A DNA stretch of 64,000 nt from an uncultured Christensenella sp. (GCA_910583735.1 CAJTXS010000007.1:1469-65468); one strand, 5' to 3'. Counted from the first letter of the stretch, positions 42,766 through 52,409 are shown. Notes: generated from the sequence alone by a model not told the origin. Made by a program: numbers and translations.

Positions 42766-45063
42766 TTATTTATCTTGATTTTCACCCTCGTCGAAATCGA
42801 GATTAAGTCCCTTGAACAAGTCGCCGAATGTTGCTCCGGAAGCATCGCTGGTCCACGAAGATACGCTGTCTGCGTCGGAATTCTCTCTTACGGTCTTCTT
42901 TTTCTTGGGAGCTGCGCCCACCACGGGAGCTGCGCTTCTGTCGAACTTAGCGGCATTACGCGCTACGCGCTTTTCTTTAGCTTCCTTATACTCTTCGTCG
43001 CTAATCTGAATTTCTTCTTCGACATCGGCGGGAGTAAGAGCCTTAACGGAAAGCGTAATCTTATTATCGTCGAACTTGATTATCTGTGCGGTAACCTCGT
43101 CGCCAACTTTATATACGCTTGTAGCGTCCTTTGTATATGTATGAGCAATCTCCGCAACGGGCAAAAGTCCGTCTACATCGCGGTCGATAAGGATAAATGC
43201 GCCGTAATTAAATACGCTTCTGACAGGTCCTGTAATAACGCTGCCTACGGGGAACTTCTCTGCTGCTATCTCATAAGGCTTCTTTTGCAACTGCTTATAG
43301 CCCAAAGATACTTTGCCGCTCTCTCTGTCTGCTCTCAATATAACAAAATCGTATGTCTTATCCTTCTCAAGAATCTCGTCGGGACGCTCTATCTTATAAT
43401 AAGAAAGATCGGATATGTGAGCAAGGCAATCGAAACCGTGCACGCTTACGAAAGCGCCGAACTCGGCAAATCTCTTTACTTTACCGGGTACTATCTTGCC
43501 TACTTCCATGAACTGCCACAGTTCTTCTTCCTTCTTAGCTCTCTCTTCCTCGAGTATAATTCTCTGAGAAGCGACTATTCTCTTACCGCTGATCTTTATC
43601 TCCGCAGATTCTGCGGGAAGCTGCTCTTCCCCCTCTTCTCCGGCCTTTTTCTTAGCCTGGATCATTCTGAGTCTGAGTTGCTTTCCGACATACTTATCCA
43701 GGTCGTTGACATAGCCTATCTTAATCTGAGATGCGGGAATAAAGACGGTATAAGGTCCTAGTTTAGCTGTAAGTCCGCCCTTTACGGCTTCGGCTACGGT
43801 TACTTTGAACTCGCTGCCGCGGACTATCTTCTCGCACTCTTCCTGCTCTTTTCTACGGATATCGACGAGCTTCTTGGAGAACGCTATGCCGGACTTCTGC
43901 GCTTTATTATTATTCTCGATAACGATAGCGTCGAGCTTATCGCCGTACTTATAATTTGCGGGGACATATTCTACGCCGTCTACTTCGGCGTCTTTTTTAT
44001 CTATAAAGCCGTCTTTCTTACCGCCGAAGCTGATATATATACCATCTTCGTTGGCGCTGATAACGGTACAGTTTCTGAAAAGCTTATTAAGTTTAACTTC
44101 CGCGGACTTCTTGCTGTCGGCAAGCATCTCCGCAAAGCTCTGCTTCTTGGGAGCCTGAGCGCCCTTGCTGTCAACTGCGTCGCTCGCGACTGCAGTCTGT
44201 TCGGCAGTAACTTCTTCGATAACTGCCTTGGTTTCCTGAGTTTCACTCATCAGTAGTTTTACCTCCTCAATCAACCCTTTCGGAGTTGATGCTCCGGCTG
44301 TAATTCCCAGCCTAGTTATATTATTTGCTACTAACGGCAAGCCGTCAATATTTTCGACAAGATAAGTCGAGGGGCATATTTGCTTAGCTATAGCGTACAA
44401 TTTACTCGTATTGGACGACTCTGCGCTACCGAGAACAAGCATGATATCGCATTGCTCGGCAAGCTGCGCAGTCTGCTTCTGCCGCTCTGTTGTAGTATAG
44501 CAAATAGTGCGGTTTATTACAACTGATTTGCACCTTCTTTTGATAATTTTTATTATTTTATTATATAAAGCGGCATCGAAAGTAGTCTGGACTACTACGC
44601 AATAATCGCACGAATCCTTAACCTCGAATGTCCATGCGTCATCTTCGCTCGATATAATCGTACACTCTTGACTTGCCCATCCCGCAGAACCTACTACTTC
44701 GGGATGTCCTTTATCCCCTATTATGATTATTTTATGACCTAAATTGCTGTAATTTTCAATAATTTCATGGATTTTTGCAACAAAAGGACAAGTAGCGTCG
44801 CAATACGTCAAGCCCAATTGGTCGATAGCCTTATACACAGACTTGCTCACTCCGTGCGAGCGAATAACGAGCGTTCTGTCCTTGGGACAGTCTGCGACGT
44901 CGTTTACGGTCATTACGCCCATATCCGACAGTCTGCCAAGGACGTTGGCATTATGAATTAATTTACCGAGAACGCATGCCTTATCTCCGAGCTTTTCCGC
45001 AATGGCGACGGCATTGCTTACGCCGAAACAAAATCCCGCGGAAGGCGCAACGATTATCTCCAA
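42766..45063 (-). CDS. ispH: Fusion protein: 4-hydroxy-3-methylbut-2-enyl diphosphate reductase (IspH/LytB) + ribosomal protein S1-like repeats
   Basis: 765 aa. The N-terminal ~280 aa are IspH (SAGFCFGV, LIHNANV, ATCPFV, LGSAESSNTSKL). The C-terminal ~450 aa contain four S1 motifs (e.g. GKVKRFAEFGAFVSVHG, GPVRSVFNYGAFILIDRDVDGLLP). This fusion is known in Clostridia. Confidence 0.92.
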   Translation of the reverse strand: MEIIVAPSAGFCFGVSNAVAIAEKLGDKACVLGKLIHNANVLGRLSDMGVMTVNDVADCPKDRTLVIRSHGVSKSVYKAIDQLGLTYCDATCPFVAKIHEIIENYSNLGHKIIIIGDKGHPEVVGSAGWASQECTIISSEDDAWTFEVKDSCDYCVVVQTTFDAALYNKIIKIIKRRCKSVVINRTICYTTTERQKQTAQLAEQCDIMLVLGSAESSNTSKLYAIAKQICPSTYLVENIDGLPLVANNITRLGITAGASTPKGLIEEVKLLMSETQETKAVIEEVTAEQTAVASDAVDSKGAQAPKKQSFAEMLADSKKSAEVKLNKLFRNCTVISANEDGIYISFGGKKDGFIDKKDAEVDGVEYVPANYKYGDKLDAIVIENNNKAQKSGIAFSKKLVDIRRKEQEECEKIVRGSEFKVTVAEAVKGGLTAKLGPYTVFIPASQIKIGYVNDLDKYVGKQLRLRMIQAKKKAGEEGEEQLPAESAEIKISGKRIVASQRIILEEERAKKEEELWQFMEVGKIVPGKVKRFAEFGAFVSVHGFDCLAHISDLSYYKIERPDEILEKDKTYDFVILRADRESGKVSLGYKQLQKKPYEIAAEKFPVGSVITGPVRSVFNYGAFILIDRDVDGLLPVAEIAHTYTKDATSVYKVGDEVTAQIIKFDDNKITLSVKALTPADVEEEIQISDEEYKEAKEKRVARNAAKFDRSAAPVVGAAPKKKKTVRENSDADSVSSWTSDASGATFGDLFKGLNLDFDEGENQDK

Positions 45064-45067
45064 ACTA

Positions 45068-45775
45068 TTACTCCTCTTGCATATCGCCCAATGCCTTGAC
45101 GTATGCCGTTTGACTGCCTTTATATCGCTCTACAATCGTCTTGATTTCCGCATATAAATCGGTCATTTTTTTACGCAGTTTATCGCTTGCGAGAGCCTCT
45201 GTCTCTTCACCTTTTTGACCGTAAAATTCGCTGAAATCAAATGGATTTCCAACAATAAGATAGTTGCGTCTGAACGGAGAAATCTTCCTGTAATACATCA
45301 ACGGAATGACTTGGCATTTAGTCTTGATAGCTATCATAGGTACGCCGGCTTTCAGTTCAAGCAACCTATACTCATCGCTATTGTCGCACTTATTACGCGT
45401 GCCTTCGGGGAAAATAATTACCTTTTTACCCTCTTTGACAGCGGAAAATACCTGCCTGACCGCCCCGATATCTCCCTCGCCTCGATGTACGGGAATGCCG
45501 CCGAGAGAGCGCAAAATATCGCCTATAAATTTCGACTTGAACATCTCGCCTTTAATCATCACGCGGTAGTCGCGCTTAATCAATGACGACATAATTCGAT
45601 TGGCGTCCATAGAGGAAAAATGATTGCATACGCATATACCCGCCCCTTCGGATGGAAATCTCTCGGGAAAATAAATCTTTACATGCCAGATGATGCGAAG
45701 CAATGGACGTATAATACACGCAATAGCTCGGGAAATTATATTCGGCTTCTTATTCTTATTATTTTTATCGCTCAC
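45068..45775 (-). CDS. plsC: 1-acyl-sn-glycerol-3-phosphate acyltransferase
   Basis: 235 aa. HX4D motif CNHFSSMD. FPEGTR motif. Confidence 0.88.
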   Translation of the reverse strand: MSDKNNKNKKPNIISRAIACIIRPLLRIIWHVKIYFPERFPSEGAGICVCNHFSSMDANRIMSSLIKRDYRVMIKGEMFKSKFIGDILRSLGGIPVHRGEGDIGAVRQVFSAVKEGKKVIIFPEGTRNKCDNSDEYRLLELKAGVPMIAIKTKCQVIPLMYYRKISPFRRNYLIVGNPFDFSEFYGQKGEETEALASDKLRKKMTDLYAEIKTIVERYKGSQTAYVKALGDMQEE

Positions 45776-46441
45776 TCAAATACCGTCCTTATCGATACGA
45801 CGCGCTATTTCGTCTACAGTCTGCTCTATTGTAAGCGATGTAGAATCTATAAGCACAGCGTCGTCCGTCTTAATCAGCGGAGCATATGCGCGTTCCATAT
45901 CGTTCTTATCCCTGTCGATTATATCCTTAAGCACTTGGTCGTAATCAACATCAGCTCCCTTTTCCCGTAGCTCCTTGAAACGTCTGCTCGCCCGCTCTTC
46001 CGCCGAAGCGGTAAGATAAAACTTATATCTTGCATGGGGCAAGACATTGCTGCCGATATCTCTGCCGTCAAGCACGCAATCGGCTCGGCTTGCGCTCTCG
46101 CGTTGCAACGCTACGAGTCTGTCCCTTACCGCAGGTATCTTGGATATATCCGACGCCGCCTTGGATACCTCATGCCTGCGTATGTCCTCCGATACGTCTC
46201 TGTCGTTAAGGAATATGCGCATTCCTAAGGAATTGTAATTAAAATGAATACGCGCATTGTCGAGTATTGCCACTACGCCCGCTTCGTCGCAAGGCGATAC
46301 GCCCTGCTCGAGAGCAAACAAGGCAAGCGCCCTGTACATTGCGCCGGTATCTATATAAGCAATACCGAGTCGTTTCGCAAGCAACTTGCTGATTGTACTT
46401 TTTCCGGCGCCCGAAGGTCCGTCTATCGCAATATTAATCAT
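45776..46441 (-). CDS. cmk: Cytidylate kinase
   Basis: MINIAIDGPSGAGKSTISK P-loop. The ORF-track start (46504) is a TTG inside the upstream gene. The ATG at 46441 gives the canonical N-terminus (221 aa). Confidence 0.93.
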   Translation of the reverse strand: MINIAIDGPSGAGKSTISKLLAKRLGIAYIDTGAMYRALALFALEQGVSPCDEAGVVAILDNARIHFNYNSLGMRIFLNDRDVSEDIRRHEVSKAASDISKIPAVRDRLVALQRESASRADCVLDGRDIGSNVLPHARYKFYLTASAEERASRRFKELREKGADVDYDQVLKDIIDRDKNDMERAYAPLIKTDDAVLIDSTSLTIEQTVDEIARRIDKDGI

Positions 46442-46469
46442 GGATATATTATATATTAAACTTGCCGCG

Positions 46470-47723
46470 TTAATCAACTGCTTTTTGAGCCAATGCTCTT
46501 GCAACCGCGACCGCTGTAGAAAATGCTATTTGAAGATTATATCCGCCCGTAAATGCGTCCACGTCAAGGACTTCTCCCGCAAAATACAAGCCTTCTGCAA
46601 TTTTGCTCGAGCAATCCTTGGGATTGACCTGTTTTACGTCTACGCCGCCGGCTGTGACAATACCTTTATCTACGCTCTCAAGCGCCTTAATAGCTATATA
46701 ATATGACTTGACGGCGCTTGCGAGAGCGCTTATATTCGCTTGGTTGAGCGACTTTCCCGCCGCATTGGGATTGATATGCGCTTGAGCTAAAATATGCGTT
46801 ATAAGAGCGCGAGGCATAAGCAACGGCAGAATATTTTTGATAGATTTACCGCCGCACTCCTCTATATCTCTTGCTATACGAGCGCACAGCTTGTCGTGGT
46901 CAAGCGCGGGCTTTAAGTCAACAGCAATATTAAAGCGCCCATTGAGATTGCCTCGCTCATTACTGTACTTATTGATTATACTGCTCAATGTCAAGATTAC
47001 CGGACCGCTCACTCCCGTATGCGTAAAGAGCATCTCGCCGAAACGACCAGCTATCTCTTTGCCGTCCTTAAACACCGTTACGTTTACATTTTTAAGCGAC
47101 AATCCCGCAAGCGTAGAATCATACCCTTCGCATATCATAGGTACCAGCGCGGGACGGATAGACGTTATATCATGCCCTGCTCCTCGCGCAAGGGCGTAGC
47201 CGTCTCCGGTGCTGCCGGTAGCGGGATAGCTTGCTCCTCCGCATGCAATCACTACGGCGTCGGCATATATAATCGAGCCGTCGTCGCATATTACGCCTTT
47301 TACGCTATTACCGCTCATAGATAGAGCTTTTGCCGAGCAATTGTATACAATATTGCAATTCCCGTCGCATATGTATCTGCGTAACGCGTCTATTACGTCG
47401 CTTGACTTGTCTGATACTGGGAAAACTCTGCCGCCCCGCTCGACCTTAGTCTCCACGCCTAAAGAATTAAAAAAGTCAACCGTATCTTGCGGAGTAAATA
47501 AATTGATTGCCGAATATAGAAATCTCGAATTACTTACCGTATTGTCAATCACCTGCCGCGCATCGCACAGGTTAGTGAGATTGCATCGACCTTTTCCGGT
47601 AATATAAAGTTTTCTGCCCGCTTTGGAATTTTTCTCCAAGACAGTCACGTCTATGCCGCTATGTCCGAGCATTCCCGCAACGGTCATACCCGCTGCGCCG
47701 GCGCCTATTACGCAAACTTTCAT
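46470..47723 (-). CDS. FAD-dependent oxidoreductase of the HI0933/BaiN-like flavoprotein family
   Basis: 417 aa. N-terminal Rossmann VIGAGAAGM. C-terminal FAGEVLDVDAFTGGYNLQIAFSTA, typical of this family. Confidence 0.85.
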   Translation of the reverse strand: MKVCVIGAGAAGMTVAGMLGHSGIDVTVLEKNSKAGRKLYITGKGRCNLTNLCDARQVIDNTVSNSRFLYSAINLFTPQDTVDFFNSLGVETKVERGGRVFPVSDKSSDVIDALRRYICDGNCNIVYNCSAKALSMSGNSVKGVICDDGSIIYADAVVIACGGASYPATGSTGDGYALARGAGHDITSIRPALVPMICEGYDSTLAGLSLKNVNVTVFKDGKEIAGRFGEMLFTHTGVSGPVILTLSSIINKYSNERGNLNGRFNIAVDLKPALDHDKLCARIARDIEECGGKSIKNILPLLMPRALITHILAQAHINPNAAGKSLNQANISALASAVKSYYIAIKALESVDKGIVTAGGVDVKQVNPKDCSSKIAEGLYFAGEVLDVDAFTGGYNLQIAFSTAVAVARALAQKAVD

Positions 47724-47737
47724 ATTACTCCTTATAT

Positions 47738-47766
47738 ATTAAAACAGCGCGCCTTAACAACGCGCT
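47738..47766 (-). terminator. Terminator-like hairpin after recR
   Basis: Minus strand AGCGCG-ttgttaagg-CGCGCT followed by GTTTTAATATATAAGGAG (the SD of the next gene). Confidence 0.45.
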
Positions 47767-47790
47767 TATCGTAATTTATATATGCAATAC

Positions 47791-48381
47791 CTAAAAAGGT
47801 TGCCTATTCTCGAGCGCGCGACTGAGCGTGACCTCGTCTGTATATTCTATATCCGTATTCATGGATATTCCGCCCGCTATACGCGTGACTTTAATACCCA
47901 TAGGCTTAATTAATCGGGATATATATACCGCCGTTGCTTCGCCCTCAACGTCGAGATTGGTAGCGAGTATCACCTCTTTTACCCCGTCCAGCCTACCGAG
48001 CAACGATTTAATGGAAAGCTCGTCGGGACCGATGCCTGCAAGAGGATTGAGCGTGCCGTGCAGTACGTGATATACGCCTCGATAGTCCTTGACCTTCTCC
48101 ATTGCAGTGACGTCCTTAGGCTCTTTAACCACGCAAATTACTGAAGCGTCGCGCGAATTGCAAATATCGCATACATCTTTATCTGTATAATTGCCGCATA
48201 CCGAGCAATACTTAATCTTGCTCTTGCACTCGTCAATAGCGGATACGAATTCATCTACTTCTTCTTCGGACATGCCTATTATCTTATAGGCATAGCGTTG
48301 CGCCGTCTTGACGCCCACTCCGGGAAGTTTCGTAAATTGAGCGACCAGCTTGGTTAAAGGCTCCGAATCGCCGTATATCAT
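47791..48381 (-). CDS. recR: Recombination protein RecR
   Basis: 196 aa. HhH LPGVGVKTAQR, C4 zinc finger CSVCGNYTDKDVCDIC, Toprim domain. Confidence 0.96.
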   Translation of the reverse strand: MIYGDSEPLTKLVAQFTKLPGVGVKTAQRYAYKIIGMSEEEVDEFVSAIDECKSKIKYCSVCGNYTDKDVCDICNSRDASVICVVKEPKDVTAMEKVKDYRGVYHVLHGTLNPLAGIGPDELSIKSLLGRLDGVKEVILATNLDVEGEATAVYISRLIKPMGIKVTRIAGGISMNTDIEYTDEVTLSRALENRQPF

Positions 48382-48710
48382 TACAGCCCCAATCCCGCAA
48401 ACGCGCCCATACGCTCGTCGCTCTCTTTCTTAGCAAGAGACTGCGCCTCGTTAAACGCCGCAATGATTAAATCCTCGAGCATCTCGACATCGTCGGGATC
48501 TACCGCCTCGGGCTTAATCTTAACAGCGGTAACATTCATATCGCATGTCATAGTCACCTCGACCATACCGCCGCCCGACGTGCCCGTCACTTCCAACTCG
48601 GCAAGCTCCTCTTTAGCCTTGAGCATATCTTGCTGCATCTTTTGAGCCTGTTTCATCATTGCTTGCATATTCATACCGCCGCCGAAGCCGCCGAAACCGT
48701 GTTTACCCAT
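48381..48710 (-). CDS. ybaB: Nucleoid-associated protein YbaB/EbfC
   Basis: 109 aa. Gly/Met-rich N-terminus, MMKQAQKMQQDM. Conserved dnaX-ybaB-recR operon. Confidence 0.93.
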   Translation of the reverse strand: MGKHGFGGFGGGMNMQAMMKQAQKMQQDMLKAKEELAELEVTGTSGGGMVEVTMTCDMNVTAVKIKPEAVDPDDVEMLEDLIIAAFNEAQSLAKKESDERMGAFAGLGL

Positions 48711-50214
48711 TATTATTACCTCCGTTAACTATTTTTACTTTATCAAGACCTACCATATTCCTGATTATCTGCAATTGTCTTTCTATACTGTCGTCGCTCT
48801 TGACTACGTCTATACGAACGCCCTTGATATATGCATATTTGGATACTACGGCATCCTTAATGACGTCCAACACATTAGAGAGCAACATCTTATCTTCTTC
48901 GCTGTCTATTACTACGGCAAGAATTCCGTCGATTACGGCGCACTTAGGCGTGATAGAGTCAAGCAATACCCTTGCAGACGGATTATCCTGTCTCACTTGT
49001 CCTATTATACTCTGCCATATTTTATTGCCGTCAATATCAATATCGGCTATCTTACCTTGAGCTATTACGCCGCCTTCCTCTATTGCTTTAAGACGCTTAA
49101 GCAGTCCCTCTTGCGAAAAGTCGGACGACATCTCGCACGCTTTGATAACAGCCATCTCAAGCACTACCTTGGGATAAGAACTGTAACGAAGCTCGCCTTC
49201 GAGATAGCAAAACACTTCCAAAGCATGCAATATACGGGCGTTAGAGATATCTACAGCGATAGATCTTACCTTTTCGTATATGTCAACCGGAAGCTTAAGT
49301 ATGGTATTGGCATTAGTGCAATTGTGAGCGTAGCCGACATTGGACAGCATAGCCGCCACATCTTTAGCTAAAGTATTGACGCTTTTACCTTTTGCATATA
49401 CTCCGTTTACCTCGCGCAAAGCCTTATCGGTATCTCCGCGTAAAATATCCGCTGTCAGATTGATTACCGTATCGGGAGAACATAGTCCCAATGCCTCGAT
49501 TACAGACTGATAATCCAAGACTTCTCCGCAGTAAGATACGCACATGTCGGCAAGCGACAACGTGTCTCTGGCGCTGCCCGCGCCCGCAGTAGCTATGGCA
49601 ATAAGCGCCTCCTGCTCGTAGCGCTTACCTATACCGTCAATTACCGTCGCAAGCAACGATACAAGCTCATCGATAGTAAGCAGTCTGAAGTCAAACCTCA
49701 TACACCTCGACAAGACCGTAGGCGGTATCTTCTGCACTTCGGTAGTAGCCAAGATAAATATGACGTGCTCGGGTGGCTCCTCCAGCGTCTTAAGCAATGC
49801 GTTAAACGCCGAATTGGACAGCATGTGAACTTCGTCGATTATATATACTTTATACTTGGATACGGAAGGCAGATACTTGACATTGTCACGCAGATCTCTT
49901 ATCTCGTCCACGCCGTTGTTGGATGCGGCGTCTATCTCAAGTATATCGAGATTGCCGCCTCCGCCGAGCTCGGCGCACGAGATACACTTGCCGCAAGGCG
50001 AGCCGTCGGACAGAGGCGAAAGGCAGTTAACTGCCTTGGCAAATATCTTGGCGACGGACGTCTTACCCGTACCGCGCGAGCCTGTAAACAGATAGGCATG
50101 CGACACGCTTCCGCTCTTAAGCTGATTGCCCAAAGTGCGTATAACGTGTTGTTGACCGACCACTTTATCGAAAGCGGTCGGTCTGAATTTACGATATAAA
50201 GAAACGTATGACAT
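48703..50214 (-). CDS. dnaX: DNA polymerase III subunit gamma/tau
   Basis: 503 aa. Walker A GSRGTGKTS, zinc module CGKCISC, DEVHMLS, sensor SRC. Confidence 0.95.
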   Translation of the reverse strand: MSYVSLYRKFRPTAFDKVVGQQHVIRTLGNQLKSGSVSHAYLFTGSRGTGKTSVAKIFAKAVNCLSPLSDGSPCGKCISCAELGGGGNLDILEIDAASNNGVDEIRDLRDNVKYLPSVSKYKVYIIDEVHMLSNSAFNALLKTLEEPPEHVIFILATTEVQKIPPTVLSRCMRFDFRLLTIDELVSLLATVIDGIGKRYEQEALIAIATAGAGSARDTLSLADMCVSYCGEVLDYQSVIEALGLCSPDTVINLTADILRGDTDKALREVNGVYAKGKSVNTLAKDVAAMLSNVGYAHNCTNANTILKLPVDIYEKVRSIAVDISNARILHALEVFCYLEGELRYSSYPKVVLEMAVIKACEMSSDFSQEGLLKRLKAIEEGGVIAQGKIADIDIDGNKIWQSIIGQVRQDNPSARVLLDSITPKCAVIDGILAVVIDSEEDKMLLSNVLDVIKDAVVSKYAYIKGVRIDVVKSDDSIERQLQIIRNMVGLDKVKIVNGGNNNG

Positions 50215-50256
50215 TAATTATATCCTTGAGCTGCTTATAATTATATTAATATGCAG

Positions 50257-51858
50257 TTATGCTTCGGGTTGCAATGCCGTAGGGTCTTGAGGCTCTATTT
50301 GAGCGGACTCCGCAGCGGCAGCCTTCGCAGCCTTACGCTCCGCTATCTCGGCAACAGCGATTGCCTGCTCCTTCTCATTGAAATCGTAGAAGAAGTAAGG
50401 TATAGCAGACAGTATCATACTTGCGCCCGGCAATATCAATGTAATACCGATAAGGAATTGCTGAGCGGAAAGCTTAGCAGCCGCATCGGTAACTATGATA
50501 TTAGACCACTGAGTAGCATCGCCGATGCCTGCCCAAGCAAGACCGAAGCACGAGAACGCAGCGCCGAGAGCGATACCTATCTTATTGATAAATGTCTGCA
50601 TTGCAAAGCAAATACCCTCGCCTCTCTCGCCTGTCTTCCATTCCATATAGTCGACGCAGTCTGCTATCTGAGCGTATGTAATAATGTTGGCAAAGCCTTG
50701 AGGCACGCCCGCGATAATAAGCGCGATTACATATATTGCAAGCACTGCATAATTGTCTATCTCTCCGCCCTTTGCGAATCTGCATACGACGAACGAAAGT
50801 ATCATTACAATACCGCCGACAATATGCGATGCGATGTATGTATTCTTCTTGCCCCACTTCTTAGTGCACCAAGGAACGAGTACGGAAGCTATCAATCCTC
50901 CGGGGACTGCCGCCATGGTCAACAAAGTCGCCCACGATACGCCGCCGATAGAGCCGAAGCAGTACTGCGAAACGTACATTGTGCTGTAGAGATACAGCGT
51001 CTTGCCCCCGCCGAGCACGCCTGCGAGAATAATCAGAAGCAAAGGCTTATTCTTGGTAAGAAGGGAAAGATTCTGCTTGAGAGTAAGATTTTGACTGGGG
51101 TCATAGAAACGCTCTTTGGACTTCTTGAATCCGAGATAGAACATCGGCAAAGCGATTATAACTATCACGAGCACCATCCAAAGATAATTCTTCTGAAGGA
51201 CTTTTGCCGCCTCGAGAGCATACTCGGGCAAGATATCGCCCGCCTCGTTGGTGTAATTCTTAAGCCACAGGTTAGACAACTGAGGAACGATAATGGAGAC
51301 TACGCCGCTACCTGCCGTACAGAGCAACCTTGCAATGGTAAGCATAGTTCCGCGCTGATGAGTATTGGACGTCATGGATGTAGCCAGTCCCCAATACGGA
51401 ACGTCGACAGCCGTATAGGCGACGGACCAAAGCACATATACCACAGTAACTATCGCTATAGTCTGATATCCCTTGGGATCTATACCGAAAGGCAAACCCA
51501 TTGCCTGCCAAGGCAAGAAGCATATTACGGTAAGTATCGCTATCGGTATAGCGGCAAAGAAGACATACGGTCTGCTCTTACCCCAACGAGTGTGCGTATG
51601 ATCTACTATTGTACCCATAATAGGATCGTTAAACGCGTCGAATACGCGAGTACCGAGCATTATGTATCCAACGACAGCAGATGCTACGAGCAATCCGTTG
51701 GTCAAGTAATATGTAAGATAGGAACTTACGATTGCGCTGATAAGGTTCTGACCGAAGCCGCATATCGAATAGCTTATTGCTTCAGAGGGCTGCATTCCTT
51801 CCTTATCATTGGGGTCTGTCATAAATACCTTGTGAAGCAAGGCGGACAATTTGTTCAT
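50257..51858 (-). CDS. Glycoside-pentoside-hexuronide (GPH):cation symporter family transporter
   Basis: 533 aa, about 12 TM helices. Loop 2-3 signature FDAFNDPIMGTIVDHTHTRWGKSRPY. Ala/Glu-rich C-terminal tail. Substrate unknown. Confidence 0.85.
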   Translation of the reverse strand: MNKLSALLHKVFMTDPNDKEGMQPSEAISYSICGFGQNLISAIVSSYLTYYLTNGLLVASAVVGYIMLGTRVFDAFNDPIMGTIVDHTHTRWGKSRPYVFFAAIPIAILTVICFLPWQAMGLPFGIDPKGYQTIAIVTVVYVLWSVAYTAVDVPYWGLATSMTSNTHQRGTMLTIARLLCTAGSGVVSIIVPQLSNLWLKNYTNEAGDILPEYALEAAKVLQKNYLWMVLVIVIIALPMFYLGFKKSKERFYDPSQNLTLKQNLSLLTKNKPLLLIILAGVLGGGKTLYLYSTMYVSQYCFGSIGGVSWATLLTMAAVPGGLIASVLVPWCTKKWGKKNTYIASHIVGGIVMILSFVVCRFAKGGEIDNYAVLAIYVIALIIAGVPQGFANIITYAQIADCVDYMEWKTGERGEGICFAMQTFINKIGIALGAAFSCFGLAWAGIGDATQWSNIIVTDAAAKLSAQQFLIGITLILPGASMILSAIPYFFYDFNEKEQAIAVAEIAERKAAKAAAAESAQIEPQDPTALQPEA

Positions 51859-51966
51859 AATTCACCCTTGATAATTATTAGTGCAAAACACTTATTAATA
51901 TTATATATTATAATAATTAAAATGTAAATATAATCTTACATAAAAAAATGTTATACGACAGGCATA

Positions 51967-52311
51967 TTATTCGTAGAAGCCCAGACTCACCATAAGCGCC
52001 TCGTTGATACGCATCATCTTGTCTCCCGATACCTGTCCTATCTTATCCTTTAGCCTGCGCTTATCAAGCGTCCTGATTTGCTCGAGCAATACTACGGAGT
52101 CTTTCGGCAAGCCGTAATCTTTGGCTGAAAGTTCGATATGAGTAGGCAGCTTCGCCTTATCTATTTTGCTTGTGACGGCAGCGGCAATGACCGTGGGAGA
52201 ATATCTGTTGCCGATATCGTTCTGCACGACAAGCACGGGACGGATTCCTCCCTGCTCGCTCCCGACTACGGGACTTAAATCGGCATAATATAATTCTCCT
52301 CGTTTTATCAT
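51967..52311 (-). CDS. mazF: MazF/EndoA (PemK family) type II toxin endoribonuclease
   Basis: [61 protein letters not shown]... is nearly colinear with Bacillus subtilis EndoA as I recall it, including the catalytic Arg (GGIRP) and Thr (AAVTSK). The ORF-track start (52350) is a TTG inside the upstream terminator. The ATG at 52311 has GGAG 7 nt upstream. Confidence 0.9.
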   Translation of the reverse strand: MIKRGELYYADLSPVVGSEQGGIRPVLVVQNDIGNRYSPTVIAAAVTSKIDKAKLPTHIELSAKDYGLPKDSVVLLEQIRTLDKRRLKDKIGQVSGDKMMRINEALMVSLGFYE

Positions 52312-52346
52312 AGTATCTCCGAAAATTTTATCCTGCTCATATATAT

Positions 52347-52381
52347 GCAAAAAGCAGGACTAATGTTATTTTGTCCTGCTT
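52347..52381 (-). terminator. Rho-independent terminator after nnr, immediately upstream of mazF
   Basis: Minus strand AAGCAGGAC-aaaataacatta-GTCCTGCTT followed by TTTGCATATAT. Located 28 nt after the nnr stop. Confidence 0.55.
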
Positions 52382-52409
52382 GCTCGCCGTTTATACCGAA
52401 GATAAAATT

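Noticed and set aside
52312-52350. N-terminal 13-codon extension of mazF in the ORF track ([13 protein letters not shown]).
   Set aside because: It starts at a TTG inside the tail of the nnr terminator and has no SD. The ATG at 52311 has GGAG at the proper spacing and gives the canonical MazF N-terminus. Similar over-extensions were rejected for cmk (TTG at 46504) and considered unlikely for dxr (GTG at 30021).
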